From the human T2T-CHM13v2.0 reference genome, Homo sapiens, in assembly GCF_009914755.1 (NCBI RefSeq), contig NC_060937.1: DNA of 64,000 bases. One strand, written 5' to 3'. The notes under the pieces are model-generated. The model was not told the origin of the DNA. It saw nothing but the letters and a program-made list of their open reading frames with translations, and searched no databases. The position numbers and the translations under genes were made by a program. Numbering within the stretch: the first letter of the stretch is position 1; every line of letters begins with the position of its first letter. This document shows, one piece after another, positions 53,526 to 64,000 of this stretch.

Positions 53526-56500
53526 CAAACAAGTTTCTGAGAATGCTTCTGTCTGGCTTTTATTGGAAGACGTTTCCTTTTCACCAAAGGCATCAAAGCG
53601 CTCCAAATGTCCACTTCCAGATTCTTCCAAAAGAGTGTTTGAAACGTGCTCAAAGTAAGGGAATGTTCAACTCTGTGACTTGAATGCAGATATCACCAAG
53701 TAGTTTCTAATAGTGCTTCTGTCTAGATTTTAGATGATGATATTCCCGTTTCCAACGAAATCGTTAGAGCTATCCAAATATCCACTTACAGTTGCTACAA
53801 AAACAGTGTTTCCAAACTGCTGCATCAAAAGAAAGGTTCAACTCTGTTAGTTGAGGACACACGTCACAAAGAAGTTTGTGAGAATGCTTCTGTCTAGATT
53901 TTGTATGACGATATTCCCTTTTCCAACGATATCGTTAAAGCAATCTAAATATCCATTTGCAGAATCCACAAAAATAGAGTTTCAAAGCTGCTCTGTAAAA
54001 AGAAAGGTTCCACTCTGTTAGCTGAGTACACACATCACAAACTTGTTTCTCAGAATCCTTCTGTCTCGTTTTTATGGGAAGATATTTACTTTTTCACCGT
54101 AGGCATCAAAGCGCTCCAAATGTCCACATCCAGATACTCCAGAAAGAGTGTTTCAAACCTGCTCTATGAAAGGGAATCTTCAACTCTATGAGTTGAATGC
54201 AGACATCAGAAAGAAATTTCTGAGAATGCTGCTGTCTACCTTTTATTTGAATTCCCGCTTCCAACGAAATCCTCCAAGCTATCCAAATATCCACTTGCAG
54301 ATTCCACAAAAAGAGTGTTTCAAAACTGCTCTCTATCAATGGCAAAGTTCAACTCTGTTAGTTGAGGACACATATCACCAACAAGTTTCTGAGAATGCTT
54401 CTGTCTATTTTTTATGGGAAGATATTTCCTTCTTCACCGTAGGCGTCAAGGCGATCGAAATGTCCACTTCCACAAACTACAAAAAGAGTGTTTCAAACCT
54501 GCTCTATGAAAGGCCATGTTCATCTCTATGAGTCGAATGGAAATATCCGAAAGAAATTTCTGGGAATGCTGCTGTCTAGTTTTTATACGAATTCCCGCTT
54601 CCAACGAAATCCTCAAAGCAATCCAAATATCCACTTGCAGAATCCACAAAAAGAGTGTTTCAAAACTGCTCTATCAATAGAAAGGTTCAACTCTTTTAGT
54701 TGAGTACACACATCACAAACAAGTTTCTGAGAATGCTTCTGTCTGGCTTTTATTGGAAGACGTTTCCTTTTCACCAAAGGCATCAAAGCGCTCCAAATGT
54801 CCACTTCCAGATTCTTCCAAAAGAGTGTTTGAAACGTGCTCAAAGTAAGGGAATGTTCAACTCTGTGACTTGAATGCAGATATCACCAAGTAGTTTCTAA
54901 TAGTGCTTCTGTCTAGATTTTAGATGATGATATTCCCGTTTCCAACGAAATCGTTAGAGCTATCCAAATATCCACTTACAGTTTCTACAAAAAGAGTGTT
55001 TCCAAACTGCTGCATCAAAAGAAAGGTTCAACTCTGTTAGTTGAGGACACACGTCACAAAGAAGTTTGTGAGAATGCTTCTGTCTAGATTTTGTATGACG
55101 ATATTCCCTTTTCCAACGATATCGTTAAAGCAATCTAAATATCCATTTGCAGAATCCACAAAAATAGAGTTTCAAAGCTGCTCTGTAAAAAGAAAGGTTC
55201 CACTCTGTTAGCTGAGTACACACATCACAAACTTGTTTCTCAGAATCCTTCTGTCTCGTTTTTATGGGAAGATATTTACTTTTTCACCGTAGGCATCAAA
55301 GCGCTCCAAATGTCCACATCCAGATACTCCAGAAAGAGTGTTTCAAACCTGCTCTATGAAAGGGAATCTTCAACTCTATGAGTTGAATGCAGACATCAGA
55401 AAGAAATTTCTGAGAATGCTGCTGTCTACCTTTTATTTGAATTCCCGCTTCCAACGAAATCCTCCAAGCTATCCAAATATCCACTTGCAGATTCCACAAA
55501 AAGAGTGTTTCAAAACTGCTCTCTATCAATGGCAAAGTTCAACTCTGTTAGTTGAGGACACATATCACCAACAAGTTTCTGAGAATGCTTCTGTCTATTT
55601 TTTATGGGAAGATATTTCCTTTTTCACCGTAGGCGTCAAGGCGATCGAAATGTCCACTTCCACAAACTACAAAAAGAGTGTTTCAAACCTGCTCTATGAA
55701 AGGCCATGTTCATCTCTATGAGTCGAATGGAAATATCCGAAAGAAATTTCTGGGAATGCTGCTGTCTAGTTTTTATACGAATTCCCGCTTCCAACGAAAT
55801 CCTCAAAGCAATCCAAATATCCACTTGCAGAATCCACAAAAAGAGTGTTTCAAAACTGCTCTATCAATAGAAAGGTTCAACTCTTTTAGTTGAGTACACA
55901 CATCACAAACAAGTTTCTGAGAATGCTTCTGTCTGGCTTTTATTGGAAGACGTTTCCTTTTCACCAAAGGCATCAAAGCGCTCCAAATGTCCACTTCCAG
56001 ATTCTTCCAAAAGAGTGTTTGAAACGTGCTCAAAGTAAGGGAATGTTCAACTCTGTGACTTGAATGCAGATATCACCAAGTAGTTTCTAATAGTGCTTCT
56101 GTCTAGATTTTAGATGATGATATTCCCGTTTCCAACGAAATCGTTAGAGCTATCCAAATATCCACTTACAGTTTCTACAAAAAGAGTGTTTCCAAACTGC
56201 TGCATCAAAAGAAAGGTTCAACTCTGTTAGTTGAGGACACACGTCACAAAGAAGTTTGTGAGAATGCTTCTGTCTAGATTTTGTATGACGATATTCCCTT
56301 TTCCAACGATATCGTTAAAGCAATCTAAATATCCATTTGCAGAATCCACAAAAATAGAGTTTCAAAGCTGCTCTGTAAAAAGAAAGGTTCCACTCTGTTA
56401 GCTGAGTACACACATCACAAACTTGTTTCTCAGAATCCTTCTGTCTCGTTTTTATGGGAAGATATTTACTTTTTCACCGTAGGCATCAAAGCGCTCCAAA

Positions 56501-58285
56501 TGTCCACATCCAGATACTCCAGAAAGAGTGTTTCAAACCTGCTCTATGAAAGGGAATCTTCAACTCTATGAGTTGAATGCAGACATCAGAAAGAAATTTC
56601 TGAGAATGCTGCTGTCTACCTTTTATTTGAATTCCCGCTTCCAACGAAATCCTCCAAGCTATCCAAATATCCACTTGCAGATTCCACAAAAAGAGTGTTT
56701 CAAAACTGCTCTCTATCAATGGCAAAGTTCAACTCTGTTAGTTGAGGACACATATCACCAACAAGTTTCTGAGAATGCTTCTGTCTATTTTTTATGGGAA
56801 GATATTTCCTTTTTCACCGTAGGCGTCAAGGCGATCGAAATGTCCACTTCCACAAACTACAAAAAGAGTGTTTCAAACCTGCTCTATGAAAGGCCATGTT
56901 CATCTCTATGAGTCGAATGGAAATATCCGAAAGAAATTTCTGGGAATGCTGCTGTCTAGTTTTTATACGAATTCCCGCTTCCAACGAAATCCTCAAAGCA
57001 ATCCAAATATCCACTTGCAGAATCCACAAAAAGAGTGTTTCAAAACTGCTCTATCAATAGAAAGGTTCAACTCTTTTAGTTGAGTACACACATCACAAAC
57101 AAGTTTCTGAGAATGCTTCTGTCTGGCTTTTATTGGAAGACGTTTCCTTTTCACCAAAGGCATCAAAGCGCTCCAAATGTCCACTTCCAGATTCTTCCAA
57201 AAGAGTGTTTGAAACGTGCTCAAAGTAAGGGAATGTTCAACTCTGTGACTTGAATGCAGATATCACCAAGTAGTTTCTAATAGTGCTTCTGTCTAGATTT
57301 TAGATGATGATATTCCCGTTTCCAACGAAATCGTTAGAGCTATCCAAATATCCACTTACAGTTGCTACAAAAAGAGTGTTTCCAAACTGCTGCATCAAAA
57401 GAAAGGTTCAACTCTGTTAGTTGAGGACACACGTCACAAAGAAGTTTGTGAGAATGCTTCTGTCTAGATTTTGTATGACGATATTCCCTTTTCCAACGAT
57501 ATCGTTAAAGCAATCTAAATATCCATTTGCAGAATCCACAAAAATAGAGTTTCAAAGCTGCTCTGTAAAAAGAAAGGTTCCACTCTGTTAGCTGAGTACA
57601 CACATCACAAACTTGTTTCTCAGAATCCTTCTGTCTCGTTTTTATGGGAAGATATTTACTTTTTCACCGTAGGCATCAAAGCGCTCCAAATGTCCACATC
57701 CAGATACTCCAGAAAGAGTGTTTCAAACCTGCTCTATGAAAGGGAATCTTCAACTCTATGAGTTGAATGCAGACATCAGAAAGAAATTTCTGAGAATGCT
57801 GCTGTCTACCTTTTATTTGAATTCCCGCTTCCAACGAAATCCTCCAAGCTATCCAAATATCCACTTGCAGATTCCACAAAAAGAGTGTTTCAAAACTGCT
57901 CTCTATCAATGGCAAAGTTCAACTCTGTTAGTTGAGGACACATATCACCAACAAGTTTCTGAGAATGCTTCTGTCTATTTTTTATGGGAAGATATTTCCT
58001 TTTTCACCGTAGGCGTCAAGGCGATCGAAATGTCCACTTCCACAAACTACAAAAAGAGTGTTTCAAACCTGCTCTATGAAAGGCCATGTTCATCTCTATG
58101 AGTCGAATGGAAATATCCGAAAGAAATTTCTGGGAATGCTGCTGTCTAGTTTTTATACGAATTCCCGCTTCCAACGAAATCCTCAAAGCAATCCAAATAT
58201 CCACTTGCAGAATCCACAAAAAGAGTGTTTCAAAACTGCTCTATCAATAGAAAGGTTCAACTCTTTTAGTTGAGTACACACATCA
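53526..58285 (-). repeat. Four 7-mer HOR units
   Basis: Unit starts 53526, 54716, 55906, 57096. Confidence 0.93.
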
Positions 58286-61200
58286 CAAACAAGTTTCTGA
58301 GAATGCTTCTGTCTGGCTTTTATTGGAAGACGTTTCCTTTTCACCAAAGGCATCAAAGCGCTCCAAATGTCCACTTCCAGATTCTTCCAAAAGAGTGTTT
58401 GAAACGTGCTCAAAGTAAGGGAATGTTCAACTCTGTGACTTGAATGCAGATATCACCAAGTAGTTTCTAATAGTGCTTCTGTCTAGATTTTAGATGATGA
58501 TATTCCCGTTTCCAACGAAATCGTTAGAGCTATCCAAATATCCACTTACAGTTTCTACAAAAAGAGTGTTTCCAAACTGCTGCATCAAAAGAAAGGTTCA
58601 ACTCTGTTAGTTGAGGACACACATCACAAAGAAGTTTGTGAGAATGCTTCTGTCTAGATTTTGTATGACCATATTCCCTTTTCCAGCGATATCATTAAAG
58701 CAATCTAAATATCCATTTGCAGAATCCACAAAAATAGAGTTTCAAAGCTGCTCTGTAAAAAGAAAGGTTCCACTCTGTTAGCTGAGTACACACATCACAA
58801 ACTTGTTTCTGAGAATCCTTCTGTCTCGTTTTTATGGGAAGATATTTACTTTTTCACCGTAGGCATCAAAGCGCTCCAAATGTCCACATCCAGATACTCC
58901 AGAAAGAGTGTTTCAAACCTGCTCTATGAAAGGGAATCTTCAACTTTATGAGTTGAATGCAGACATCAGAAAGAAATTTCTGAGAATGCTGCTGTCTACC
59001 TTTTATTTGAATTCCCGCTTCCAACGAAATCCTCCAAGCTATCCAAATATCCACCTGCATTTTCCACAAAAAGAGCGTTTCAAAACTGCTCTATCAATAG
59101 AAATGTTCAACTCCTTTGGCTGGGTACACACATCACAAACAAGTTTCTGAGAATGCTTCTGTCTAGTTTTTATGGGAAGACATTCCCTTTTTCACCAAAG
59201 GCATCAAAGCGCTCCAAATGTCCACTTCCAGACACTACAAAAAGAGTGTTTCCAACGTGCTCTAAGAAAGCGAATGTTCAACTCTGTGACTTGAATGCAG
59301 ATATCACAAAGTAGTTTCTGAGAGGGCTTCTGTCTAGATTTTAGATGATGATATTCCCGTTTCCAACGAAATCATTAGAGCTATCCAAATATCCACTTAC
59401 AGTTTCTACAAAAAGAGTGTTTCCAAACTGCTGCATCAAAAGAGAGGTTCCACTCTGTTAGCTGAGTACACACATCACAAACTTGTTTCTCAGAATCCTT
59501 CTGTCTCGTTTTTCTGGGAAGATATTTACTTTTTCACCGTAGGCATCAAAGCGCTCCAAATGTCCACATCCAGATACTCCAGAAAGAGTGTTTCAAACCT
59601 GCTCTATGAAAGGGAATCTTCAACTCTATGAGTTGAATGCAGACATCAGAAAGAAATTTCTGAGAATGCTGCTGTCTACCTTTTATTTGAATTCCCGCTT
59701 CCAACGAAATCCTCCAAGCTATCCAAATATCCACTTGCAGATTCCACAAAAAGAGTGTTTCAAAACTGCTCTCTATCAATGGCAAAGTTCAACTCTGTTA
59801 GTTGAGGACACATATCACCAACAAGTTTCTGAGAATGCTTCTGTCTATTTTTTATGGGAAGATATTTCCTTTTTCACCGTAGGCGTCAAGGCGATCGAAA
59901 TGTCCACTTCCACAAACTACAAAAAGAGTGTTTCAAACCTGCTCTATGAAAGGCCATGTTCATCTCTATGAGTCGAATGGAAATATCCGAAAGAAATTTC
60001 TGGGAATGCTGCTGTCTAGTTTTTATACGAATTCCCGCTTCCAACGAAATCCTCAAAGCAATCCAAATATCCACTTGCAGAATCCACAAAAAGAGTGTTT
60101 CAAAACTGCTCTATCAATAGAAAGGTTCAACTCTTTTAGTTGAGTACACACATCACAAACAAGTTTCTGAGAATGCTTCTGTCTGGCTTTTATTGGAAGA
60201 CGTTTCCTTTTCACCAAAGGCATCAAAGCGCTCCAAATGTCCACTTCCAGATTCTTCCAAAAGAGTGTTTGAAACGTGCTCAAAGTAAGGGAATGTTCAA
60301 CTCTGTGACTTGAATGCAGATATCACCAAGTAGTTTCTAATAGTGCTTCTGTCTAGATTTTAGATGATGATATTCCCGTTTCCAACGAAATCGTTAGAGC
60401 TATCCAAATATCCACTTACAGTTTCTACAAAAAGAGTGTTTCCAAACTGCTGCATCAAAAGAAAGGTTCAACTCTGTTAGTTGAGGACACACATCACAAA
60501 GAAGTTTGTGAGAATGCTTCTGTCTAGATTTTGTATGACCATATTCCCTTTTCCAGCGATATCATTAAAGCAATCTAAATATCCATTTGCAGAATCCACA
60601 AAAATAGAGTTTCAAAGCTGCTCTGTAAAAAGAAAGGTTCCACTCTGTTAGCTGAGTACACACATCACAAACTTGTTTCTGAGAATCCTTCTGTCTCGTT
60701 TTTATGGGAAGATATTTACTTTTTCACCGTAGGCATCAAAGCGCTCCAAATGTCCACATCCAGATACTCCAGAAAGAGTGTTTCAAACCTGCTCTATGAA
60801 AGGGAATCTTCAACTCTATGAGTTGAATGCAGACATCAGAAAGAAATTTCTGAGAATGCTGCTGTCTACCTTTTATTTGAACTCCCGCTTCCAACGAAAT
60901 CCTCCAAGCTATCCAAATATCCACCTGCATTTTCCACAAAAAGAGCGTTTCAAAACTGCTCTATCAATAGAAATGTTCAACTCCTTTGGCTGGGTACACA
61001 CATCACAAACAAGTTTCTGAGAATGCTTCTGTCTAGTTTTTATGGGAAGACATTCCCTTTTTCACCAAAGGCATCAAAGCGCTCCAAATGTCCACTTCCA
61101 GACACTACAAAAAGAGTGTTTCCAACGTGCTCTAAGAAAGCGAATGTTCAACTCTGTGACTTGAATGCAGATATCACAAAGTAGTTTCTGAGAGGGCTTC

Positions 61201-64000
61201 TGTCTAGATTTTAGATGATGATATTCCCGTTTCCAACGAAATCATTAGAGCTATCCAAATATCCACTTACAGTTTCTACAAAAAGAGTGTTTCCAAACTG
61301 CTGCATCAAAAGAGAGGTTCCACTCTGTTAGCTGAGTACACACATCACAAACTTGTTTCTCAGAATCCTTCTGTGTCGTTTTTATGGGAAGATATTTACT
61401 TTTTCACCGTAGGCATCAAAGCGCTCCAAATGTCCACATCCAGATACTCCAGAAAGAGTGTTTCAAACCTGCTCTATGAAAGGGAATCTTCAACTCTATG
61501 AGTTGAATGCAGACATCAGAAAGAAATTTCTGAGAATGCTGCTGTCTACCTTTTATTTGAATTCCCGCTTCCAACGAAATCCTCCAAGCTATCCAAATAT
61601 CCACTTGCAGATTCCACAAAAAGAGTGTTTCAAAACTGCTCTCTATCAATGGCAAAGTTCAACTCTGTTAGTTGAGGACACATATCACCAACAAGTTTCT
61701 GAGAATGCTTCTGTCTATTTTTTATGGGAAGATATTTCCTTTTTCACCGTAGGCGTCAAGGCGATCGAAATGTCCACTTCCACAAACTACAAAAAGAGTG
61801 TTTCAAACCTGCTCTATGAAAGGCCATGTTCATCTCTATGAGTCGAATGGAAATATCCGAAAGAAATTTCTGGGAATGCTGCTGTCTAGTTTTTATACGA
61901 ATTCCCGCTTCCAACGAAATCCTCAAAGCAATCCAAATATCCACTTGCAGAATCCACAAAAAGAGTGTTTCAAAACTGCTCTATCAATAGAAAGGTTCAA
62001 CTCTTTTAGTTGAGTACACACATCACAAACAAGTTTCTGAGAATGCTTCTGTCTGGCTTTTATTGGAAGACGTTTCCTTTTCACCAAAGGCATCAAAGCG
62101 CTCCAAATGTCCACTTCCAGATTCTTCCAAAAGAGTGTTTGAAACGTGCTCAAAGTAAGGGAATGTTCAACTCTGTGACTTGAATGCAGATATCACCAAG
62201 TAGTTTCTAATAGTGCTTCTGTCTAGATTTTAGATGATGATATTCCCGTTTCCAACGAAATCGTTAGAGCTATCCAAATATCCACTTACAGTTTCTACAA
62301 AAAGAGTGTTTCCAAACTGCTGCATCAAAAGAAAGGTTCAACTCTGTTAGTTGAGGACACACATCACAAAGAAGTTTGTGAGAATGCTTCTGTCTAGATT
62401 TTGTATGACCATATTCCCTTTTCCAGCGATATCATTAAAGCAATCTAAATATCCATTTGCAGAATCCACAAAAATAGAGTTTCAAAGCTGCTCTGTAAAA
62501 AGAAAGGTTCCACTCTGTTAGCTGAGTACACACATCACAAACTTGTTTCTGAGAATCCTTCTGTCTCGTTTTTATGGGAAGATATTTACTTTTTCACCGT
62601 AGGCATCAAAGCGCTCCAAATGTCCACATCCAGATACTCCAGAAAGAGTGTTTCAAACCTGCTCTATGAAAGGGAATCTTCAACTCTATGAGTTGAATGC
62701 AGACATCAGAAAGAAATTTCTGAGAATGCTGCTGTCTACCTTTTATTTGAACTCCCGCTTCCAACGAAATCCTCCAAGCTATCCAAATATCCACCTGCAT
62801 TTTCCACAAAAAGAGCGTTTCAAAACTGCTCTATCAATAGAAATGTTCAACTCCTTTGGCTGGGTACACACATCACAAACAAGTTTCTGAGAATGCTTCT
62901 GTCTAGTTTTTATGGGAAGACATTCCCTTTTTCACCAAAGGCATCAAAGCGCTCCAAATGTCCACTTCCAGACACTACAAAAAGAGTGTTTCCAACGTGC
63001 TCTAAGAAAGCGAATGTTCAACTCTGTGACTTGAATGCAGATATCACAAAGTAGTTTCTGAGAGGGCTTCTGTCTAGATTTTAGATGATGATATTCCCGT
63101 TTCCAACGAAATCATTAGAGCTATCCAAATATCCACTTACAGTTTCTACAAAAAGAGTGTTTCCAAACTGCTGCATCAAAAGAGAGGTTCCACTCTGTTA
63201 GCTGAGTACACACATCACAAACTTGTTTCTCAGAATCCTTCTGTCTCGTTTTTATGGGAAGATATTTACTTTTTCACCGTAGGCATCAAAGCGCTCCAAA
63301 TGTCCACATCCAGATACTCCAGAAAGAGTGTTTCAAACCTGCTCTATGAAAGGGAATCTTCAACTCTATGAGTTGAATGCAGACATCAGAAAGAAATTTC
63401 TGAGAATGCTGCTGTCTACCTTTTATTTGAATTCCCGCTTCCAACGAAATCCTCCAAGCTATCCAAATATCCACTTGCAGATTCCACAAAAAGAGTGTTT
63501 CAAAACTGCTCTCTATCAATGGCAAAGTTCAACTCTGTTAGTTGAGGACACATATCACCAACAAGTTTCTGAGAATGCTTCTGTCTATTTTTTATGGGAA
63601 GATATTTCCTTTTTCACCGTAGGCGTCAAGGCGATCGAAATGTCCACTTCCACAAACTACAAAAAGAGTGTTTCAAACCTGCTCTATGAAAGGCCATGTT
63701 CATCTCTATGAGTCGAATGGAAATATCCGAAAGAAATTTCTGGGAATGCTGCTGTCTAGTTTTTATACGAATTCCCGCTTCCAACGAAATCCTCAAAGCA
63801 ATCCAAATATCCACTTGCAGAATCCACAAAAAGAGTGTTTCAAAACTGCTCTATCAATAGAAAGGTTCAACTCTTTTAGTTGAGTACACACATCACAAAC
63901 AAGTTTCTGAGAATGCTTCTGTCTGGCTTTTATTGGAAGACGTTTCCTTTTCACCAAAGGCATCAAAGCGCTCCAAATGTCCACTTCCAGATTCTTCCAA
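58286..64000 (-). repeat. Three 11-mer HOR units (1870 bp each) plus partial unit from 63896
   Basis: Unit starts 58286, 60156, 62026, 63896. Confidence 0.93.

Larger units (their letters stand above)
1..64000 (-). repeat. Alpha satellite higher-order repeat array (11-mer/7-mer), D13Z1/D21Z1-type (SF2, S2C13/21H1-like) active centromeric array
   Basis: ~170-bp monomers with alphoid motifs (tttctgagaatgcttctgtct, aaatatccacttgcaga, aaagagtgtttcaaaactgctct). Near-identical 1190-bp and ~1870-bp periods are confirmed by spacing of the identical 76-aa ORF. CENP-B boxes occur in alternate monomers. EcoRI sites at unit offsets 724/1064 (7-mer) and 724/1404/1744 (11-mer) give 340/680/850-bp fragments. 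Alpha satellite is certain; the chr13/21 family call comes from recalled HOR properties, not alignment. Confidence 0.97.

Noticed and set aside
1-63895. The 7/11 order as a strict periodic code
   Set aside because: The early 7,11,11 rhythm breaks after 12 kb; overlapping segmental duplications explain the order and nothing supports a coding function.
581-63984. Recurrent 63-154 aa ORFs on both strands (MFQTCSMKG..., MPLIESS..., MSTFQTL...)
   Set aside because: They are chance translations of alpha satellite, recur with the HOR period, mostly start at GTG/TTG/CTG, overlap on both strands, are freely frameshifted by indels and resemble no protein family I recognise.
1-64000. CRISPR-like or other repeat-spacer system
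   Set aside because: There are no unique spacers; all sequence is tandem ~170-bp monomers, and no cas or other genes are present.
1-64000. Transposon insertion (L1/Alu), inversion or foreign segment
   Set aside because: Unit lengths sum exactly (16x1190 + 24x1870 - 25 bp of small indels = 63,895), leaving no room for an insert, and marker ORFs keep the same strand throughout.

Overview
The whole 64 kb window is one uninterrupted, single-orientation array of primate (almost certainly human) centromeric alpha satellite with ~170-bp monomers. It has a dimeric A/B pattern, and its CENP-B boxes read on the - strand. It consists of 40 complete higher-order repeat (HOR) units plus a 105-bp partial: 24 11-mers (1864-1871 bp) and 16 7-mers (1190 bp), about 376 monomers. 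Units are phased from 'caaacaagtttctgagaatgcttctgtctggc' at position 1, and the order is 7,7,11,11,7,11,11,7,11x6,7,11x3,7x3,11,11,7,11x3,7x3,11x3,7x4,11x3. The 1.87-kb 11-mer with five CENP-B boxes and 340/680/850-bp EcoRI fragments matches the D13Z1/D21Z1 (SF2, chr13/21) active HOR. The abundant 7-mers favour chr13, but that is an inference. There are no genes, RNA genes, transposons or CRISPR arrays, and all ORFs in the track are artefacts of the repeat. I found no new biological system. The items of interest are evolutionary: an internal duplication that explains the 7-mer, SNP haplotypes tied to HOR length and to 11->7 junctions, multi-HOR super-duplications (9.2, 9.9 and 14.1 kb), recombinant units, and two CENP-B boxes lost through CpG transitions. 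Variants were read by eye, so some may have been missed.
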